Source: Calditrichales bacterium (GTDB lineage Bacteria > Calditrichota > Calditrichia > Calditrichales > J004). Taken from it: 64,000 nt of DNA. Under the pieces are notes generated by a model, which was given only the letters and a program-made list of their open reading frames with translations, was not told the DNA's origin and ran no database searches. Below, one piece after another: positions 20,350 to 30,292 of this stretch. The DNA lies in NCBI GenBank assembly GCA_965267575.1, contig OZ254086.1:3616001-3680000 (forward strand), given 5' to 3'. The position numbers and the translations under genes were made by a program. How positions within the stretch are numbered: the first letter of the stretch is position 1; the number at the start of each line of letters is the position of its first letter.

Positions 20350-21990
20350 ATGCGAACAATATTTAAAACTCTGTTTATTATTTGTTTAACGTGCATTTTA
20401 GCCGCAGGCGGGCTTTTTGCGCAAAGCCGTCCGGACAGCGTGAACGTCTCCGAAAAATATCTCAGGGCAGGTCTGACGAAAATGTTGCACCAGTTAAAAG
20501 CCGGCGATAGAGACAGCGCGGAGGTCTGGTTTTATGAAAACTATAATGCTTTAAAACAAAAAGGCATGCTGGCCGATTCCGTTATTCGCCGCATGATGCA
20601 TAAACCGGCAACCGGGCTGGACTCGCTTGATGCGCCAAAAACGGCGGATGCGCTCACGAAAGACCTGAAAGATTTTATCCGGCGGGAAGCGCATCAGATA
20701 GCCGCGACCCTGGGTGAAAAGGGCGCCGACCTTCTACCGGAAGACTTCCTAGAGGACGTGGAAAAGTATGTGATATTATTTACGGAAAATGAACAATACC
20801 GCAGGTTTTTCCAAGATGCCCTGGTTCGGTCGCGTAAATATGCGGCAGCTTTTGATGCGCAGTTCAGTAAAAGAGGCTTTCCCCCTGAAATTATTTATTT
20901 CGCGATAGTTGAGTCCGGCTTTGATCCCAATGCTATAAGCAAAGCGGGCGCGGCAGGCATGTTCCAGTTTATGCCCGGTACGGCGAGGGACTACGGCCTG
21001 CAGGTAACTCCGCAAAACGACGAGCGGTTTTCGGCGCTGAAAAGTGCAGCCGCTTCCGCGGAATATATGATGGACCTCTATCTGGAGTTGGGCTCGCTGA
21101 ATCTGGCGTTGGCCTCTTACAATGGGGGCGCCGCAAAAACCCGCCGTGCCCTGCGTCAGCTTGAAAATGTTTCCGAACGCAATTTCTGGACCCTGCGCCA
21201 AAAGAAGACCTTGTTTGAAGAAACGCAGGAGTACGTGCCACAGATCTTTGCAGCGATCATTTTGTCGCGCGGCAATAATGCATCGCGCTTCGGTTTTGGC
21301 GATCCCGGCGTTCCTGAAAGCGGCACCTATGAGATATTCTATTTACCGCAACAGGTTGATCTCATTATGCTCGCGGCTGATTGTGCGGTAAATATGAATG
21401 ATATCTACGAATATAACGCGGATATTGACGCCTCCAGTGGAAAGACCCCGGCCAGGGTGGCGGACTACCCCTTGTTTATCCCTTCTTCAAAAGCAGGTTG
21501 TGCGCGGAGCTGGCTTAATGAGCAGCTTGGCAGGCACTTTGCCTTTGATGGCTCCGATCAGACTGAAATCCCACAAAAGACAGAAACAAAAAGGGCAGAG
21601 GCCCCGGAAAAGAAAAAGATAACCCGCCCGAAAAAGAGGTTTGCCGAGTCATCCGTTGTGGAGAAGCGTGAATTAAAGGCGGGAGACGAGATCGAATATC
21701 GTGTTATTCGCGGCAATACGCTTTTTATGCTGGCGCGTATTTTTAATGTGGACGCTGACAATATTATGGAGTGGAATGACCTGCGCTTTAAATCACTTAA
21801 AGAAAACCAGGTTTTGCGCATCAAAATTGAAAAACCCCTGACACATTATATATACAGGGTGCCGGAGAAGAGCACTTTCAGTGATCTTGCCTCGCAATTT
21901 GATATACCGTCCACGGTTCTTAAGCGCACCAATGACTTTGATAAGGGTATGATGCAGGCCGGTGATACCCTGAATGTCTATATTTTTTGA
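20350..21990 (+). CDS. Lytic murein transglycosylase with LysM domains (MltD-like)
   Basis: Signal peptide; AIVESGF, AAGMFQFMPGTA, ASYNGG and ETQEYVP SLT motifs; C-terminal LysM repeats (YRVIRGNTLFMLARIF). Confidence 0.88.
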   Translation: MRTIFKTLFIICLTCILAAGGLFAQSRPDSVNVSEKYLRAGLTKMLHQLKAGDRDSAEVWFYENYNALKQKGMLADSVIRRMMHKPATGLDSLDAPKTADALTKDLKDFIRREAHQIAATLGEKGADLLPEDFLEDVEKYVILFTENEQYRRFFQDALVRSRKYAAAFDAQFSKRGFPPEIIYFAIVESGFDPNAISKAGAAGMFQFMPGTARDYGLQVTPQNDERFSALKSAAASAEYMMDLYLELGSLNLALASYNGGAAKTRRALRQLENVSERNFWTLRQKKTLFEETQEYVPQIFAAIILSRGNNASRFGFGDPGVPESGTYEIFYLPQQVDLIMLAADCAVNMNDIYEYNADIDASSGKTPARVADYPLFIPSSKAGCARSWLNEQLGRHFAFDGSDQTEIPQKTETKRAEAPEKKKITRPKKRFAESSVVEKRELKAGDEIEYRVIRGNTLFMLARIFNVDADNIMEWNDLRFKSLKENQVLRIKIEKPLTHYIYRVPEKSTFSDLASQFDIPSTVLKRTNDFDKGMMQAGDTLNVYIF

Positions 21991-22161
21991 TTGTCGCTTC
22001 CGCTATTCTTTACCGCTATTTTTAAAAATGATCAGATATTGACCAAACACTACCATCCAGACAAAACGATCTGTTTTTATTTTCAACACCACAAGCACAA
22101 TAAAAACAATCACTTAACCATTTATTATTAAAAAAAGTGAAGTTTTTTTTAAAAATGCATT

Positions 22162-22187
22162 TAAGAAGCCCCGGGTGCCTGCGACCT
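22162..22187 (+). promoter_or_regulatory. Possible sigma28 promoter of flagellin
   Basis: TAAG-N14-TGCGACCT about 80 nt upstream of fliC, with an AT-rich UP-like tract upstream; imperfect match. Confidence 0.4.
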
Positions 22188-22266
22188 GTACAGTAAAGCG
22201 AAACAGAAAAAGAAATTCGGATCGCAAGAAAGTTTAACCCAATCAACCCAAACAAGGAGGTTTTAC

Positions 22267-23091
22267 ATGGATAGCAGCTTAACCCGTGTAGCTTCGAACA
22301 TTCAGGCCATGCAGTCACTGTACCACCTGAATAAAACCAATAACCGTATAGCCGACCATCAAATGCGTCTGGCAACCGGTAAACGCATCAATTCACCTGG
22401 CGATGACCCTGCAGGTTATCAGCTGAGCCGTGGATTGGAAGCCCGTCGTCGTGGTCTGGAAGTAGCTCTGGACAACGTAAGCAACGCTCAGAACATTCTG
22501 AACATCGCTGAAGGCGGCTACTCCAATATTATGGACATTCTGCAAACAATGAAGCAGAAAGCCACACAGGCAGCAGACGGTAGTCTCGGTTCCACCCAGC
22601 GTACGGCTATCAACGATCAGTATAGCGCTCTGGCTACGGAAATTGACCAGATCGTTTCTGAAACGACCTTCAATGATGACGGTCTCATCGACGGTGGCTT
22701 CGCGGTAACTTTCCAGACAGGCGAAGGCGGCTCTGAAACATTGAGCGTTTCCTTGTCCGGTGCTTCAACCGCAGACCTCGGCATTAACAGCGTAAGTCTC
22801 TCGTCGCAGGCAAGTGCTTCCGCCGCGATTACCACGCTGGACACCGCCATTAATACACTGGCTACTCGCGCCCAGGACATCGGTGAATACAAGTCGCGCC
22901 TGACTTCTAAAGAAGCCACTTTGAGCACGGCTATCACCAACACCGAAGCGGTACGCAGTAACTACGAAGATGCGGACTTTGCCAAGGAGCAAATGGAAGT
23001 GATGAAGTTGCAGATCATGCAGCAGACAGCAGTCTCTTCACTGTCCCAGGCGAACTCGTCCCCGCAATTGGTTCTGTCACTCTTCAGATAA
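22267..23091 (+). CDS. fliC: Flagellin (short, 274 aa)
   Basis: RLATGKRINSPGDDPAG N-terminus; DADFAKEQME...QANSSPQLVLSLFR C-terminus; strong AAGGAGG RBS. Confidence 0.96.
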   Translation: MDSSLTRVASNIQAMQSLYHLNKTNNRIADHQMRLATGKRINSPGDDPAGYQLSRGLEARRRGLEVALDNVSNAQNILNIAEGGYSNIMDILQTMKQKATQAADGSLGSTQRTAINDQYSALATEIDQIVSETTFNDDGLIDGGFAVTFQTGEGGSETLSVSLSGASTADLGINSVSLSSQASASAAITTLDTAINTLATRAQDIGEYKSRLTSKEATLSTAITNTEAVRSNYEDADFAKEQMEVMKLQIMQQTAVSSLSQANSSPQLVLSLFR

Positions 23092-23112
23092 ACCGAAGCG
23101 GAAACAACACAC

Positions 23113-23142
23113 AGGGGCCGGGTCCAAGACCCCGCCCCTTTT
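23113..23142 (+). terminator. Intrinsic terminator/attenuator after fliC
   Basis: AGGGGC-C-GGGTC-caa-GACCC-C-GCCCCT stem followed by TTT. Confidence 0.8.
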
Positions 23143-23166
23143 CTAGGTTGAACAGGAGCATAAACG

Positions 23167-23502
23167 ATGATACCAGCACAACGCAGCATTAAACCGAAAA
23201 CGAAGACAAACAACAATCCTTACCTGGCGCAGAAAGTTCTTTCGGCCAGCCCGGAGCAGCTCATCTCCTACATTCTGGACGCCGGTATCACCGCATGCAG
23301 GCAGCAAAACCGCGATAAAGCAACAAGGGCCGTTCAGCTCTTGATCAAATCGCTTAATTTCGATTACAAAGAAACGTCGATGACCTTCTATAATGTGTAC
23401 AGATATATCAATCATATTATTGGAAAAGGAAATTTTGCCGAAGCTAAAAAGAACCTGGAAGAAATAAAGGCTGCCTGGACTCAGGCACATAAGGTCGTTT
23501 AG
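23167..23502 (+). CDS. fliS: Flagellin export chaperone
   Basis: YLAQKVLSASPEQLI, LIKSLNF and EIKAAW motifs. Confidence 0.85.
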   Translation: MIPAQRSIKPKTKTNNNPYLAQKVLSASPEQLISYILDAGITACRQQNRDKATRAVQLLIKSLNFDYKETSMTFYNVYRYINHIIGKGNFAEAKKNLEEIKAAWTQAHKVV

Positions 23503-23516
23503 TAAAGGAAACAATC

Positions 23517-25010
23517 ATGGATGCTTCATCAATATTCGGTGGTCAAAACTCGATACAATATCTGGTCGATCAGTATATGCGGCTGGAATCCATGCCCAAG
23601 GATAAACTGATCGGAAAGAAAAAGACGATCAATGATCATATCAAAGTTCTGTCCGATCTGGACTCCAAGTTATCGGCACTTAAAACCAAGCTGGACCGGA
23701 TGAATGACACGTTTACCGACTATTTTGGAGCCAAAAGCACAACTGTATCCAACGCCGATCTTTTTAAAGCAACCGCATCAGCAGAGGCAACAGTTGGAAA
23801 TCACATACTCAATGTAAATCGCCTGGCCGTAGCAGATACCCGCGTTTCAAATCAGTTTTCCAATAGTGCCAGCGATTTCACAGCGTACTCTACGGACCAG
23901 ACGTTCAGCATAGAAGTGGCCAGCCCAACGGATGAAGACCCCGACAACAGGGTTTCTATTGATGTGACTGTGGAAGCGGCCTTTTTCAGCGAAGACAACG
24001 AATCGGTTCTGTCTGCCGTACGAACGGCCGTTAATTCTGCCATGGACCAGGCTGTTGCCGACGGTGTTATCAAAAGGGAAGAGCGCATTCACGCTACGGT
24101 CGTCAGCGAAGAACCGGGTGTATCAAGGCTGTCGTTTAAAAGTGAGCGCAGTGGATACTCCTACAGAATGGATTTTGGCGCCAGCACTTTACTGGATGAC
24201 CTGAATATAAATAACACGGCACAGACCAGCGGTACTCAGGGCGGATATATGTATGATGTGGGCACCAGCCATAGTACTTCCAGCCTGAACTCGGAATTTG
24301 TGCTCGACGGACTGACGTTTTACAGGGATTCGAACAGCATTACGGATGCTGTCGACGGTGTAACCTTTCAGTTGCTGGACACGTTCGCTTCCCAGGAGAC
24401 GGTAACGGTTAACACGGATGTGGAAGCCGTGAAAGAAGAGGTTCAAAGCTTTATAGATTCCTACAACGAGGTTATCAATTTTCTGCGCAATAACGCGCAA
24501 TATAACCCGGCCACAAGCAAGGCCGGTGTACTTTCCAAGGATCTGGTTTACAGAAACCTGTCGGTGGATTTACGCAACGCGGTAATGGGAACGGTATCGG
24601 ATGTGACCTATTCGGAATACGATCTTCTTTATGATATAGGTATTGAAGCAGATCAACAGGGACGCTTATCGATTTCCGATGAAGACAAATTCACAACGGC
24701 ACTGGAAGACAATTCGGTTTATGTGTCCGATCTCTTCAAGGGCAGCGATGGGATCGCCAACAAAGTGAATGACCTGATCGTGGGCTTTACGGAGTCCGGC
24801 GGAACCATTAGCAGCAGCAAAAAACAGCTGAACAATGAGATTACGACATTAAACGATCGTATTCGCCTGATGAACGACATCCTCGACAAAAAGGAAAAGC
24901 AACTGTTTGAAGAATTTACTACATTGCAAAACACGATGTATACGCTTCAAAGCCAGCAAAGCTTTTTCAGCATGTTCACCAGCATGAATAACCAGCTACT
25001 CGGATTTTAA
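23517..25010 (+). CDS. fliD: Flagellar filament cap protein
   Basis: LVDQYMRLE N-terminus; RDSNSITDAVDGVTFQL; FIDSYNEV; C-terminal coiled coil LQSQQSF. Confidence 0.92.
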   Translation: MDASSIFGGQNSIQYLVDQYMRLESMPKDKLIGKKKTINDHIKVLSDLDSKLSALKTKLDRMNDTFTDYFGAKSTTVSNADLFKATASAEATVGNHILNVNRLAVADTRVSNQFSNSASDFTAYSTDQTFSIEVASPTDEDPDNRVSIDVTVEAAFFSEDNESVLSAVRTAVNSAMDQAVADGVIKREERIHATVVSEEPGVSRLSFKSERSGYSYRMDFGASTLLDDLNINNTAQTSGTQGGYMYDVGTSHSTSSLNSEFVLDGLTFYRDSNSITDAVDGVTFQLLDTFASQETVTVNTDVEAVKEEVQSFIDSYNEVINFLRNNAQYNPATSKAGVLSKDLVYRNLSVDLRNAVMGTVSDVTYSEYDLLYDIGIEADQQGRLSISDEDKFTTALEDNSVYVSDLFKGSDGIANKVNDLIVGFTESGGTISSSKKQLNNEITTLNDRIRLMNDILDKKEKQLFEEFTTLQNTMYTLQSQQSFFSMFTSMNNQLLGF

Positions 25011-25021
25011 AGGAGGAAGTC

Positions 25022-25375
25022 ATGGATGACTTTACGATTCAAAAAGTTGCCGGAGCGGTAACTTCACCCGTGAAGGGAATTTCCGAGACAAAGGTGAGAA
25101 CTGAAATAAAGCGCGAAGAGAACGAAGAGAAGGCCGCACAGGAAAGCAGAGCGAATGCTAATGTGGAAGAAATCGTAGAAAAGATTCAGAAGCGGATCAG
25201 TTCTTACAACACGAGCCTTGAATTTAAGATGGACAAAGAGGGCAAACCGCCGATTGTGGTTGTGACGGATAAGGAAACGGGACAGGTGATACGGCAAATC
25301 CCCAGCGAAGAAGTGATCCAATTGCGCAACCGTATGGAAGATTTAATGGGCTTGATTTATAACGGGAGAATATGA
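25022..25375 (+). CDS. flaG: FlaG family protein
   Basis: LEFKMD...VVVTDKETGQVIRQIPSEEV...GLI motif. Confidence 0.92.
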   Translation: MDDFTIQKVAGAVTSPVKGISETKVRTEIKREENEEKAAQESRANANVEEIVEKIQKRISSYNTSLEFKMDKEGKPPIVVVTDKETGQVIRQIPSEEVIQLRNRMEDLMGLIYNGRI

Positions 25376-25809
25376 GCATGTTTCAGGAATTTGCAAATCC
25401 GGATAACTTTGATCTGGAAACGGTATTAAGGCAGGAAGTTGATTGTTTTAACTCCGTTCTGGCTATTTCCGAAAAGGTGGCCCGACAAGTGGATAAACTT
25501 GAAATCGGCGTATTGTCGGAAATGGTGGATTACCGCAAGGAGTGGATAGAGAAAATCCAGCACCTGGAACAGCAACGGCGCCAGCTTGATGATGGCGAGC
25601 GCAGCGAAGAAGCGGAAGAGCAGCTTCGAACCATCTCGGAATTGGCGGGCAAGCTCGTTAAAATTGACGACCGGATTTATAAAAATCTGGAAAAACGTAA
25701 ACAGGAATATGCCAAAAAGAGTGCGGCGATCGCCGGCCAGGCGCACTACGCGCGCAAACAGGCGGGTGGCAGTGATAATCCAAATAAACTGAATATAATT
25801 CAGGAGTAA
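25372..25809 (+). CDS. FlgN/FliT-like helical flagellar chaperone
   Basis: All-helical 145 aa (RKEWIEKIQHLEQQRR); position between flaG and flgM. Confidence 0.55.
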   Translation: MSMFQEFANPDNFDLETVLRQEVDCFNSVLAISEKVARQVDKLEIGVLSEMVDYRKEWIEKIQHLEQQRRQLDDGERSEEAEEQLRTISELAGKLVKIDDRIYKNLEKRKQEYAKKSAAIAGQAHYARKQAGGSDNPNKLNIIQE

Positions 25810-25813
25810 GAAA

Positions 25814-26188
25814 ATGGGACCCATCAGAAATTTATTTTCGACGTCTCCTGATCTTAAGAAAACGGAATCGAACAAGAAGACGGCCCAGACCGACAAAAAG
25901 GTCAACGATAACGCTAAGGTAAACGACGCCGCAAAAAGCGGCAAAAAAGATCAGGTGCAAATCTCCGATGTCGGCCGCGAAATGCTGACATTAAAGATGG
26001 AAGCAGCCAGATATCTCCGTGATGTCAAAAGCAGCGAAGTTGTGAGTACGGAAGAGATAGAGGCGATCAAGGAACGTATTGCATCGCGCTACTATTTTGA
26101 CGATGAAGTAATAGATGATATCGTAGATAAACTGATTAGTCTGCCCAATTATACGCAGGGCAATTCGCCTTCTGAGCCGTACGAGTAA
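25814..26188 (+). CDS. flgM: Anti-sigma28 factor
   Basis: Low-complexity N-terminus, DQVQISD, and EIEAIKERIASRYY...IVDKLI C-terminus. Confidence 0.75.
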   Translation: MGPIRNLFSTSPDLKKTESNKKTAQTDKKVNDNAKVNDAAKSGKKDQVQISDVGREMLTLKMEAARYLRDVKSSEVVSTEEIEAIKERIASRYYFDDEVIDDIVDKLISLPNYTQGNSPSEPYE

Positions 26189-26190
26189 GA

Positions 26191-28095
26191 TCAATCGTGC
26201 AATTTATAGGTTCCGTCCAGTATGGAGCGTACTGCCTGGGCGAAATCGCGCGCGTCGAAAGGCTTTTCGAGGAATGGTACGCCCGGTTCCAGCCGGTTGG
26301 TATAGGCACTGATCAACAGAAACTTCGTGTCGGGTTTGATCTTTTCCGCGACCAGCTTTAGCTCTACGCCGTTCATTTCCGGCATTACCACGTCGGAGAC
26401 AATCATATCAATGCTGTCGGCATGCTCCTGAAATATTTCGAGAGCCTTTGACCCATTTGGCGCCAACATGATGCGATAGCCGAAATTCTCAAGCACCTCT
26501 TTCATAAACAAAATAAGGTCCGCCTCATCCTCGGCAATCAAAATACACTCATTGCCACCCACCACGGGGCGTGTCTCCGCGCTCTTCATCTCTTTTATGG
26601 TTTCAGCGACCTTTGGAAAATAGATGGTAAAGTGTGTGCCTTCGCCTTCGCTGCTGGCGCATTCGATAAAGGCGTTGTGCTGCTTTACAAGTCCAAAAAC
26701 TATCGATAAGCCCAGACCCGTACCCTGGCCGACATCTTTTGTTGTAAAAAAAGGTTCAAAAATGTGGCGCAGTGTTTCGCGGGGCATGCCGGTACCGGAA
26801 TCGATGACATTAAGCAGTACATAATCGCCCGCGGGCATGGTGCCCGTTACAGTTACCTTCTCACCTGAAAAGGCGCGGTTTTCTGTAGAAACAACCAGTT
26901 CACCACCATCGGGCATGGCATCACGCGCGTTGATGCTCAGGTTGGTTATGATCTGGTCAAGTGCGCTGGCATCGGCATTTACCAGGTTCAGGTTTTCGGA
27001 CAATCTTATGCTAAGTGTAACATCTTCACCCAGGTAGCGATCCAGAAGGCGGCTGTTATTTCTGATAACTTTGTTCAGATTCATTTCCCGCATATTGAGG
27101 CGCTGCTTTCTACTGAACATTACCAGTTGCCGGACAATATTGGCGGCATTATTTGCTTTTTGGTAGATCGTTTTGAGGGTGGGGTAGGCTTTATGCTCTT
27201 CATCCAGCTTTCTCATGCCCAGCTCAGCCAATCCGCTGATGCCGGCAAGCACGTTGTTAAAATCATGCGCGATACCTCCCGCCAGTTGTCCGACGGCTTC
27301 AAGCTTTTCCAACTGTGACATTTTGTTTTCCAGGGCTTTTTGTTCGGAAACGTTGCGTGCGATAACCACAACGGCGGAATCCTTTTGTACGTGAAAAAAG
27401 CGCCCCCTTAGCATAACTTCCCTGCCGTCCGTGACAGATACGGAAAATTCCAGGTTGAAATCTTTTTTATCGTTGAGGCTGTCAAGAGCCTGCAAAATCT
27501 CACTTTGAGACGCCGGCGGAACCAGGTCCAGAAAATTCTTCTCCAGCAAACGGCTCATGGGGATATCCGCGATCGAGGACAGCCGCCTGTTGGCCTGTGT
27601 TATTTTCCCGGGGATCCGGTTCGCATCAATATTAAAGGTAAAAACAATGTCCGAAGTATGTTCCATGAGCAGGGCGGAGTGATCCGGGCCCGTTGAACTA
27701 ATGCGCGGATCGCTCTTTTCTATTTGGACAAAATACGAAGGGGAGTTGTCGTTGTCTCCGGGAAAAAGGAGCGGTTTGACACGAAGATGACCTTCACGGC
27801 TGCTTCCATCTGCATGACTGAAACGGATCGGACCGGACCAGGAGCTAATTTCATGAATTTTATAAATTATGCTGCGGATGGTCAGCGCAGGGTAGTCGCT
27901 TTTATCGAACAAACGCTTATAACGCTTGCCCAAAATCTGTCCCATTGCGTAGCCGCTCAGCTCCGTAAAAGCATGATTGCAGTACTGGAAACGGCCGTAT
28001 TCATTTATTATGCAAACGGGTTGGTCTACAAAATCGAGTAGAAACGCGTAGCTTTTTGCGGAATAACGATTCCGCGATGAATTGTTTTGAACCAT
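26191..28095 (-). CDS. Soluble PAS-PAS hybrid histidine kinase (HisKA-HATPase-REC)
   Basis: AGGIAHDFNNVL, NARDAMP, FEPFFTTK and GTGLGL; REC (AEDE, SDVVMP, KPF). Confidence 0.93.
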   Translation of the reverse strand: MVQNNSSRNRYSAKSYAFLLDFVDQPVCIINEYGRFQYCNHAFTELSGYAMGQILGKRYKRLFDKSDYPALTIRSIIYKIHEISSWSGPIRFSHADGSSREGHLRVKPLLFPGDNDNSPSYFVQIEKSDPRISSTGPDHSALLMEHTSDIVFTFNIDANRIPGKITQANRRLSSIADIPMSRLLEKNFLDLVPPASQSEILQALDSLNDKKDFNLEFSVSVTDGREVMLRGRFFHVQKDSAVVVIARNVSEQKALENKMSQLEKLEAVGQLAGGIAHDFNNVLAGISGLAELGMRKLDEEHKAYPTLKTIYQKANNAANIVRQLVMFSRKQRLNMREMNLNKVIRNNSRLLDRYLGEDVTLSIRLSENLNLVNADASALDQIITNLSINARDAMPDGGELVVSTENRAFSGEKVTVTGTMPAGDYVLLNVIDSGTGMPRETLRHIFEPFFTTKDVGQGTGLGLSIVFGLVKQHNAFIECASSEGEGTHFTIYFPKVAETIKEMKSAETRPVVGGNECILIAEDEADLILFMKEVLENFGYRIMLAPNGSKALEIFQEHADSIDMIVSDVVMPEMNGVELKLVAEKIKPDTKFLLISAYTNRLEPGVPFLEKPFDARDFAQAVRSILDGTYKLHD

Positions 28096-28191
28096 AAGAA
28101 AATTAGAATGATTAAAAGACCATAATCGCTCGTAACTGCCGTTAAAATAATATTTTATTTGAAAAATTTATAATCAAATATATGCTCTCGT

Positions 28192-28217
28192 TAAAAGTGG
28201 CCGATTGCAACCGATAA
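28192..28217 (+). promoter_or_regulatory. Sigma28-type promoter of the chemotaxis region
   Basis: TAAA-N14-ACCGATAA about 30 nt upstream of ORF 28247. Confidence 0.7.
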
Positions 28218-28246
28218 TGATAAAATGTTTAACAACGTAAAGAACA

Positions 28247-28726
28247 ATGCAAAAGATTATAGTAGTAGACAAAGATTCGAGCACGCTAAACGACATATCT
28301 CGTCTTGTAACCTCGATTAACTTTGAACCTATCGTAGCTTACAATTTTAATAACGCACTATCCGGCATTGGCGTTAAAGAGATTGCCGCGGTATTTATTG
28401 ATGTAGAAACCAAAATGGTTAATCCGCGGGATTTGCAGAATTACCTGAACAGCAGAGCGGAATCAAACAGCAAAACACCGGTGATATTTATGTACACCAA
28501 CCGCGATTCCAAGCTGGTTGAGGAGGCCATGCAGGTGGCTCACGATGCCGAACTGCAAAAACCTTTTTCGCTGGAAGAGCTGTTTGAGCTTCTGCAGAAT
28601 CAGCTGAACCTGAATCAGGATGATTTTACCGGGCTGACAAACTACGACAAGCTTGATAACTATGAACGGTTTGCGGCGAATATGGATGAATGGCTTTCTA
28701 AACTGGGAACAGTGCTTAACGGTTGA
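28247..28726 (+). CDS. Divergent receiver-domain protein
   Basis: IIVVDKD, VFIDVE, FMYT and KPFSL pattern, plus a C-terminal extension. Confidence 0.7.
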   Translation: MQKIIVVDKDSSTLNDISRLVTSINFEPIVAYNFNNALSGIGVKEIAAVFIDVETKMVNPRDLQNYLNSRAESNSKTPVIFMYTNRDSKLVEEAMQVAHDAELQKPFSLEELFELLQNQLNLNQDDFTGLTNYDKLDNYERFAANMDEWLSKLGTVLNG

Positions 28727-28730
28727 TCTA

Positions 28731-30185
28731 ATGGTAAAAAAACGCATTCTACTTTCGAATTCGACCCTTGTTGTAACGGAGCTTTGGGAAGGCAAACTTG
28801 TAATTGGCGAACTACAGTTTGGCAGCGCCTCTAAGAAGGAAATACAGCGGGCACTGGCTGAAAAGGGATATGAACACGGCATTCTTGAACATTGTATTGA
28901 TCTGCTTCAAAACGGCCATAAGGGACAAATACCCATTGCTCTTGCCAACATAGAGGAAGATCCCGGAAAACCTTTTTTCCACTTTGAAAAAGAACTTAAC
29001 GATGAAAATTTTGACAACTGGATCCGGGAGGGCAGCTTTGAAAATCTCAATATCACCTATCCCGTAAAGGCCGGCGATACACTGCTGACGTTGTCTCAAA
29101 AACCGTATCAGTACCTGCGCTATCCCGATGGTCGTAAAGAGTATATCGCCGACCTTGAAACGACAAATATTAATTTCTATGCCGGAGAAAACACCAAACT
29201 GCGCCATGATGGTGAAGCGATCGTAGCCAAAACAGATGGCTATGCGCACCGTTCTATTTACGGAACAGTATCCGTTTATCCCGAACACGTATTAAAAAAT
29301 ATAGGTAAGATGCACGGGCGTGTTGAGCTGGAAAGTGCCGTCAGGGTTGAGCAGGACGTGCGCACGGAATCGCAGTTGATTACGCCTTCGAGCGTCATTG
29401 TTGAAGGTCTTATCCGATCATCCAATGTCAGATCCGGCGGCAATATCTATTGCGCTTTCGGGCTGGATAATTCGCAACGTCTCGACAGCGCGCGAATACA
29501 CGCCGGGCAATCGCTTTTTGCCAGTAGCATTGTTGGCTATAATGTGTGGGTAGGGCACTACTGTATCGTTCAGAATAATATTGATCATTCCCTGGTGCAA
29601 TGTATGAACAGCATGGTGGCTCCGATTATCAGCGGATCGGAAATCCGTGTCGGCAACCGGCTCTTTGCCCGGCAACTGGAAAGAAGCACAATCTACCTGG
29701 GTTCAGACCATGTCATGGACCCAAATTTGCAAACGGTAAAGAGATTTCATCAACAGCATGAGAAGCGTTTATTCGATCTGTTTTTATTCCTCGATGAACA
29801 GCAGCGAGACCTTGACTTTACGCGCAAAAAAGCGCTTAATCACCTGGCGAAACTCAACAAAGTGGCGCGGGGCAATATCGCGTCCGATATATTGCTGAAC
29901 CGCTTTTATGTAAACATGAAAGACGGTCTTACCCACTATAGGGAACTGCTCGAAAAGACGAAATCGACACTTAATGAATTTGCTGATGAGAAGAGACAAC
30001 TGGCGTTTTATGAAACGCATACAAAAAAAGAAACCAGCCCCGAGATTGTCGTAACAGGTAAAATTGGAAACGGCTGTGCCATTATCTCTTCCAATGAGAC
30101 TTTTCGTGTACGCGAACCCATGGAAAACGTATCCATCCGCTTAAACCGATCCACCAAAACGCTTGAGATAAAACCGCTTTCCTGA
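28731..30185 (+). CDS. FapA/DUF342 family protein, paralog 1 (start uncertain)
   Basis: LAEKGYEHGI, VKAGDTL, GENT...AIVAKTDG, then beta-helix repeats and a coiled coil. Confidence 0.75.
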   Translation: MVKKRILLSNSTLVVTELWEGKLVIGELQFGSASKKEIQRALAEKGYEHGILEHCIDLLQNGHKGQIPIALANIEEDPGKPFFHFEKELNDENFDNWIREGSFENLNITYPVKAGDTLLTLSQKPYQYLRYPDGRKEYIADLETTNINFYAGENTKLRHDGEAIVAKTDGYAHRSIYGTVSVYPEHVLKNIGKMHGRVELESAVRVEQDVRTESQLITPSSVIVEGLIRSSNVRSGGNIYCAFGLDNSQRLDSARIHAGQSLFASSIVGYNVWVGHYCIVQNNIDHSLVQCMNSMVAPIISGSEIRVGNRLFARQLERSTIYLGSDHVMDPNLQTVKRFHQQHEKRLFDLFLFLDEQQRDLDFTRKKALNHLAKLNKVARGNIASDILLNRFYVNMKDGLTHYRELLEKTKSTLNEFADEKRQLAFYETHTKKETSPEIVVTGKIGNGCAIISSNETFRVREPMENVSIRLNRSTKTLEIKPLS

Positions 30186-30224
30186 CCAGCCCCTGTCTGA
30201 TTTTTACCATCCATTTAAAAAGCT

Positions 30225-30251
30225 TCAATTTTGAATTGTGATTGTCGTTAA
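30225..30251 (+). promoter_or_regulatory. Possible sigma28 promoter of cheA
   Basis: TCAA-N15-GTCGTTAA about 40 nt upstream of the cheA GTG. Confidence 0.45.
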
Positions 30252-30292
30252 TCAAATCAAAACAAATGGTAAAATGAAGGAGTATTGGTTCA

